Source: an uncultured Planctomycetia bacterium
GTDB taxonomy: Bacteria; Omnitrophota; Gorgyraeia; JABMRG01
Reading direction: 5' to 3'
DNA length: 64,000 nucleotides
Assembly (NCBI GenBank): GCA_964634945.1
Contig: CAZWMG010000004.1
Span: forward strand, 52,528 to 116,527
In this document: in pieces, positions 59,717 to 64,000 of the stretch
How positions within the stretch are numbered: position 1 is the stretch's first letter
How the letters are laid out: each line of letters opens with the position of its first letter
Position numbers and translations under genes: made by a program
The notes under the pieces: model-generated
Told to the model about the DNA's origin: nothing
Seen by the model: the letters and a program-made list of their open reading frames with translations, nothing else
Databases searched by the model: none

Positions 59717-61628
59717 AGGCATAACCTTTAAGCTCATATTTTTTATATTGACCAGTTGTACGCTTATCTTTACACTTGCGTTTGGGTACAACTATCTCTT
59801 CTCCCGCAGAATGATTATTAAAGGTATTGAGAATAATGCCAGAGATCTGACTCAACTTACGGTAAATAAGATAGAGTCGATTCTGCGTCCGATAGAAAAA
59901 GTACCGCAGAGTTTGGCGTTTTTGCTTGAGCAGTCTCTCTGTGAAAAAGAAGACCTGTTAAGCGTATTGCGTTCTTTAGTAGTGAACAACCCTGAGGTAT
60001 ACGGAGCAGCTATCGCCTTTGAGCCATACGCTTTTGAAAAAGATTCTTTATATTTCGCGCCTTATTTTTACCGAGATAAAGATACGATCAAATCCACTTA
60101 CTTAGGGGGCGACTCTTACCAGTACTTTTACTGGGATTGGTACCAGATCCCAAAAGAGATAGCGCGGCCCGTATGGAGTGAGCCGTATTACGACGAAGGC
60201 GGCGGAAATATTATCATGTCGACCTACTCGGTTCCGTTTTATAGATATGACGGAGACAAAAAAGTCTTTAAGGGCATCGTGACCGCTGATGTCTCCTTAT
60301 CCTGGCTTCAGGATATCGTCTCATCGATAAAGATCGGAGATACGGGTTATGGATTTCTGATATCTAATAATGGCAGGGTCGTTACTCATCCGCATAAGGA
60401 CCTTATTATGCATGAGACTATATTCAGCGTAGCTGAATCTCGAGGTGACGCTCGCCTGCGCAGGATAGGCAAGGATATGATAAATGGAAAGACTGATTTT
60501 ACCCCATTTAAAAGCCTTGTTACAGGCAATAAATGCTGGATCTCTTATAACAGGATACCTGCTACTGCCTGGAGCTTAGGAGTACTTTTTCCGCAAGATG
60601 AATTGATGAATGATATAATAAGGCTCAATTGGGTCGTATTCTTCTTGGGCATATTCGGTTTTTTGTTTCTCTTGATGGTCATTGTATTGATAGCAGGTAC
60701 TATTGCCCATCCGCTCAGGGGGCTATATAAGGCGACTAAAGATATCGGAACAGGCAATTTAGATTTCGAGCTGCCTGCTGTTAAGTCACAAGACGAGGTA
60801 GGCAAACTTACAGAGTCGTTTAGGTATATGAGAGAAGCTCTTAAGCGGTATATAAAAGATCTCAAAGAGACAACAGCGGCTAAAGAGAGGATAGAGAGTG
60901 AATTAAAGATAGCCCACGATATCCAGATGAATATCGTGCCTAAGACATTTCCGCCTTTCCCGGAAAGAAAAGAGATCGATCTCTACGCGCTTTTAGAACC
61001 CGCAAAAGAAGTAGGCGGGGATCTTTATGATTTCTTCTTTATTGGCGAAGACCGCCTCTGTTTTGTCATTGGGGATGTTTCAGGCAAGGGTGTTCCGGCA
61101 GCGCTTTTCATGGCTGTGGTTAAAACCATGATTAAGACCGTTGCCCATGAACTTGATAGCCCTGAAAAGATTTTCGAGACTGTAAACAAGGAGATGTGCC
61201 AGGGCAACGATTCCTGCATGTTCGTGACTGTATTTTGCGGGATACTGAATATAAAAACAGGAAAGCTTCGCTATGCTAATGCCGGGCACAATCCACCATT
61301 AATAATTAAGAATGCAGGCAGCGTAGATTTTTTAAAGATAGCACAAAATCCCGCTATAGGCATTATTGAAGAAATAGTCTTTATGGGGCAGGAGTTAGCG
61401 CTGACCCCCGGTGACGCTATCTATATGTATACGGATGGCGCTACAGAGGCATTTAGCAAAGACAGAGAGATGTTTTCAGAAGAAAGGTTAAAAAATGAAG
61501 TAGCTGCTTGCAAAGAGAGTTCTGCGCAAAGGATAGCCAAAAATACATTGGAGAAAATAAAAGACTTCACAAAAAATGCGCCTCAATCAGATGATATTAC
61601 CATTATGGTACTTAAGTATTTGAAGTAA
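59703..61628 (+). CDS. Membrane sensor phosphatase: TM, periplasmic Cache-like domain, TM, HAMP, PP2C/SpoIIE (RsbU-like)
   Basis: HAMP segment (PLRGLYKATKDIGTGNLDFELP). PP2C motifs GGDLYDFF..GDVSGKGVPAALFMA..DG.TEA. 14-nt overlap with the SBP gene. Confidence 0.8.
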   Translation: MIKNRGITFKLIFFILTSCTLIFTLAFGYNYLFSRRMIIKGIENNARDLTQLTVNKIESILRPIEKVPQSLAFLLEQSLCEKEDLLSVLRSLVVNNPEVYGAAIAFEPYAFEKDSLYFAPYFYRDKDTIKSTYLGGDSYQYFYWDWYQIPKEIARPVWSEPYYDEGGGNIIMSTYSVPFYRYDGDKKVFKGIVTADVSLSWLQDIVSSIKIGDTGYGFLISNNGRVVTHPHKDLIMHETIFSVAESRGDARLRRIGKDMINGKTDFTPFKSLVTGNKCWISYNRIPATAWSLGVLFPQDELMNDIIRLNWVVFFLGIFGFLFLLMVIVLIAGTIAHPLRGLYKATKDIGTGNLDFELPAVKSQDEVGKLTESFRYMREALKRYIKDLKETTAAKERIESELKIAHDIQMNIVPKTFPPFPERKEIDLYALLEPAKEVGGDLYDFFFIGEDRLCFVIGDVSGKGVPAALFMAVVKTMIKTVAHELDSPEKIFETVNKEMCQGNDSCMFVTVFCGILNIKTGKLRYANAGHNPPLIIKNAGSVDFLKIAQNPAIGIIEEIVFMGQELALTPGDAIYMYTDGATEAFSKDREMFSEERLKNEVAACKESSAQRIAKNTLEKIKDFTKNAPQSDDITIMVLKYLK

Positions 61629-61690
61629 CCCCCCCCTAGCGATACCCCTATGGCACTTACCAATTTTTCCCAGGAACAGTTCTTTTTAGC

Positions 61691-61738
61691 CAAGACCGGT
61701 TCTCAAGCACAACCACCTGTGCTCAAGAACCGGTCTTG
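61691..61738. repeat. Second copy of the 48-nt REP-like palindrome, inverted relative to 32099..32146, with 2 substitutions
   Basis: CAAGACCGGTTCTCAAGCACAACCACCTGTGCTCAAGAACCGGTCTTG. Confidence 0.9.
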
Positions 61739-61781
61739 AGCCATAATCAGCTAATAATGTTTAATTTTCCTGGGTTTTTTC

Positions 61782-61810
61782 TTGACAACATAAACAGTTT
61801 CTGATAAAAT
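61782..61810 (+). promoter_or_regulatory. Promoter (TTGACA, 17 nt, TAAAAT) for the terminal gene
   Basis: Read directly. Confidence 0.4.
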
Positions 61811-61896
61811 CTTTTTTATACCTTTTAAAATATCATTAGAATAGCATTGAGGACATCTAAGCCTTTCCGCATATCCTTAGATAGCGGAAAAACAAG

Positions 61897-64000
61897 GGGG
61901 CAGATCATGGGAATACGGGTCAATAAACTTATATCAATCTTAATTGTACTGGCTTTTATATCTACCAGTACCAACCTAAACTATATATCTTCTTATATAA
62001 GCAACGATAAAGACGCTCTTAGGAGCATGTCCGCAAATAAGGCCGTGGCAGGCGATTTAAAGCAGGCGCTTATAGCGGCACCTGCATTGCAAGCGCTTTT
62101 AGGCGTACCTTCTACTAAAACATCCTCTGCAGGAGATCTGACAGATGTAACAGCCAAGCTAAAGCAGATACTCAAAAATCCTGATTTAAAACCGCCTGTT
62201 AGGATGCTTATAGATTCTTTAAGCGTATGGATTCAAGAGAATTCCGGACAGAAAAACAAAAACCATATATTGCAAAGGGCCGAACTTGACAAAAGGATAG
62301 ATGAGATAGAGGGCTTACTTGAGGAGATCGAGCTGGATATTCAGACTCCGGGAACAGGACATCTTCCTGAACTGGCAATTATATCTGATTATCATGGTGA
62401 GATTAACCTATTTCTTAAGTATGTTGCTGATATAATATCCCAAAAAATAGGCAAAAAGATAGAGCTAGACCATAAGATATTTCCACAGCAGTCGCTTAAA
62501 GAGCAGCTTGCTGCTCAAGGCGTTGATATCGCGCAGATAGATATAACCTTTTTTCTGTTGGGAGATTTTTTAGACAGGGGCGCTTATGGCGTCAAATGTT
62601 TCAGGCTTGCGGAAGAGATGATTAACCTTGGAATAGCAAAATATGTTACCGGTAATCATGATTTATGGGCATTCTTAAATGTTATGGGGTTTCATCTACC
62701 CGCTTATAAGGGGTATAATTTTTATGGGCAGGCAAAATCTGAGCAACTGGTTACTGACCATTGGAGCGATTCAGAGATAGCAGATAACAGGATTGCCTGG
62801 TGGACAGATAATCTTGCCGAGTATAATGCCTCGCAGCAGGAGCTCCAGAAAGACCTATTGCTTACTTATCGCGGCAAAAAGAAAACAGCTAATGTTATAA
62901 GAGAAGACCTTAAGGCAGTGTATTTGACAATTGAGCACATGCTTACAGAGCAGGAAAAGAAATTATGGCAGGATCTTGTAGGCTATTATTTCGGAACCAC
63001 AGATGTGTATACGGGTTTTCGCGCGGTAGGCATGATGTCAGCGCAGTGGTGGAAAAACAAGGTACAGGCCCTAGATAGAATCATTGAGACAAGCTTGGAG
63101 TATCAATCTCCGGAATCAGTTGCAACAGAGATATGGTATCAGGTAAAGGAATATACGGATCAGGCTGCTCTTGTTGTACAGACACGGTTGGACGACGCTA
63201 TTGCGCAAGGAGAGTGGTGGTATCAGGTATTTAATGATATCAATCATCAGAATTATGTATCTGTTGAATGGTGGGGCAAGGATTGGTCATCACATAAAGG
63301 ATGGGGTACAAGTGTTATAGATGAGTTAAACCTTTTAGAAAATAACGGAGTTTGGAACCAGGCAAACTACGTTGAGAATCAGCACCTTAAAGACCTGGCA
63401 ATGTTTTACAGAAAGAATTTTACGCTATATCAGAAAGACTCTTACGGTAACGTATACACACATGGCTGGCTGCCTATTAATATGGAGACAGGACGCATAT
63501 CTTTTCAATACAAAGGTGTTACATATGAAGATAGAGATGTATGGAACGGCCTGGAAGCCATACAGAACGATGTACGGGATTTGAGCAAGCCTCTTTCAGA
63601 GCTCCACGAAGCGCTTAGCCTGGTCAACTCCTGGTATGCGGATAAGACTACAAAGATAAAACCGGATCATATTAAGGCTTATCTCCAAGAGGTAGGACTA
63701 GAAAAAATATATAGTAAGCTTGGCATCAGATGTTGGTTTACGTGCCATAATCCGCTTAATAAGCTAGCTTCTAAAGGCATAAGTTTTAAGACCCAACAGG
63801 ATTTGTTGCTGCATTTTTCAGTTGATAAAGGTATGAGCTATAAAAAATTCAAAGACTTAGGAGCATATACAAGAGTAAGCTCAGAAGGCATTTTCCTAAG
63901 AGGATTTGCAAGTTCGAGTTTTCAGAGGATAATCGATAGCCCGCCTACTGTGACATTGCAGAAGGATGAAGAGTTTGGTTATGTTGCAAGAAAGAGATTT
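61897..64000 (+). CDS. 3'-partial calcineurin-like metallophosphoesterase with an N-terminal signal/TM. Possibly class III fructose-1,6-bisphosphatase-like. It runs off the window end.
   Basis: Open frame to position 64000. Motifs IISDYHGE, LLGDFLDRG, VTGNHDLW. Confidence 0.55.

Overview
This window reads as the chromosomal replication-origin neighbourhood of an anaerobic bacterium with moderate GC content. On the minus strand lies a dnaA-dnaN-dciA-gyrB-gyrA block. Diverging from it on the plus strand are rpmH-rnpA-yidD-yidC-parA-parB, then ndk and yicC-DUF370-gmk-rpoZ-coaC-coaB. After that come a tRNA cluster, thrS-infC-rpmI-rplT, trkH/trkA, pheST, rarA, cysK plus a COG1900 homocysteine-synthesis gene, rny-ymdB-xseAB-ispA-dxs, a four-subunit 2-oxoacid:ferredoxin oxidoreductase, and gltX.

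The right-hand part is accessory-like. It holds a tRNA-Gln locus with partial duplications, a GIY-YIG cassette bounded by 16-bp direct repeats, a K+ channel, a solo IS200/RAYT-type Y1 transposase with flanking inverted hairpins, and a STAS / substrate-binding protein / HAMP-PP2C sensor-phosphatase module.

The most unusual object is a 2200-aa secreted or membrane-anchored mosaic protein (32288..38890). Its domains are separated by a recurring K-A-S-S-S-G motif. It carries a minimal nucleotidyltransferase signature and a GT9 (heptosyltransferase)-like domain. Its N-terminal domain has a paralog at the left window edge.

The intergenic DNA is rich in repeats. There are two REP-like palindrome families. 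Tandem heptanucleotide arrays rich in AAGG sit in 5' leaders. A bipartite hairpin-TTAATTC-hairpin leader recurs before rplT, trkH and the homocysteine gene. CCATGCA...TGCATGG hairpins sit next to tRNAs.

All calls are by eye from sequence and translated motifs; no searches were run.
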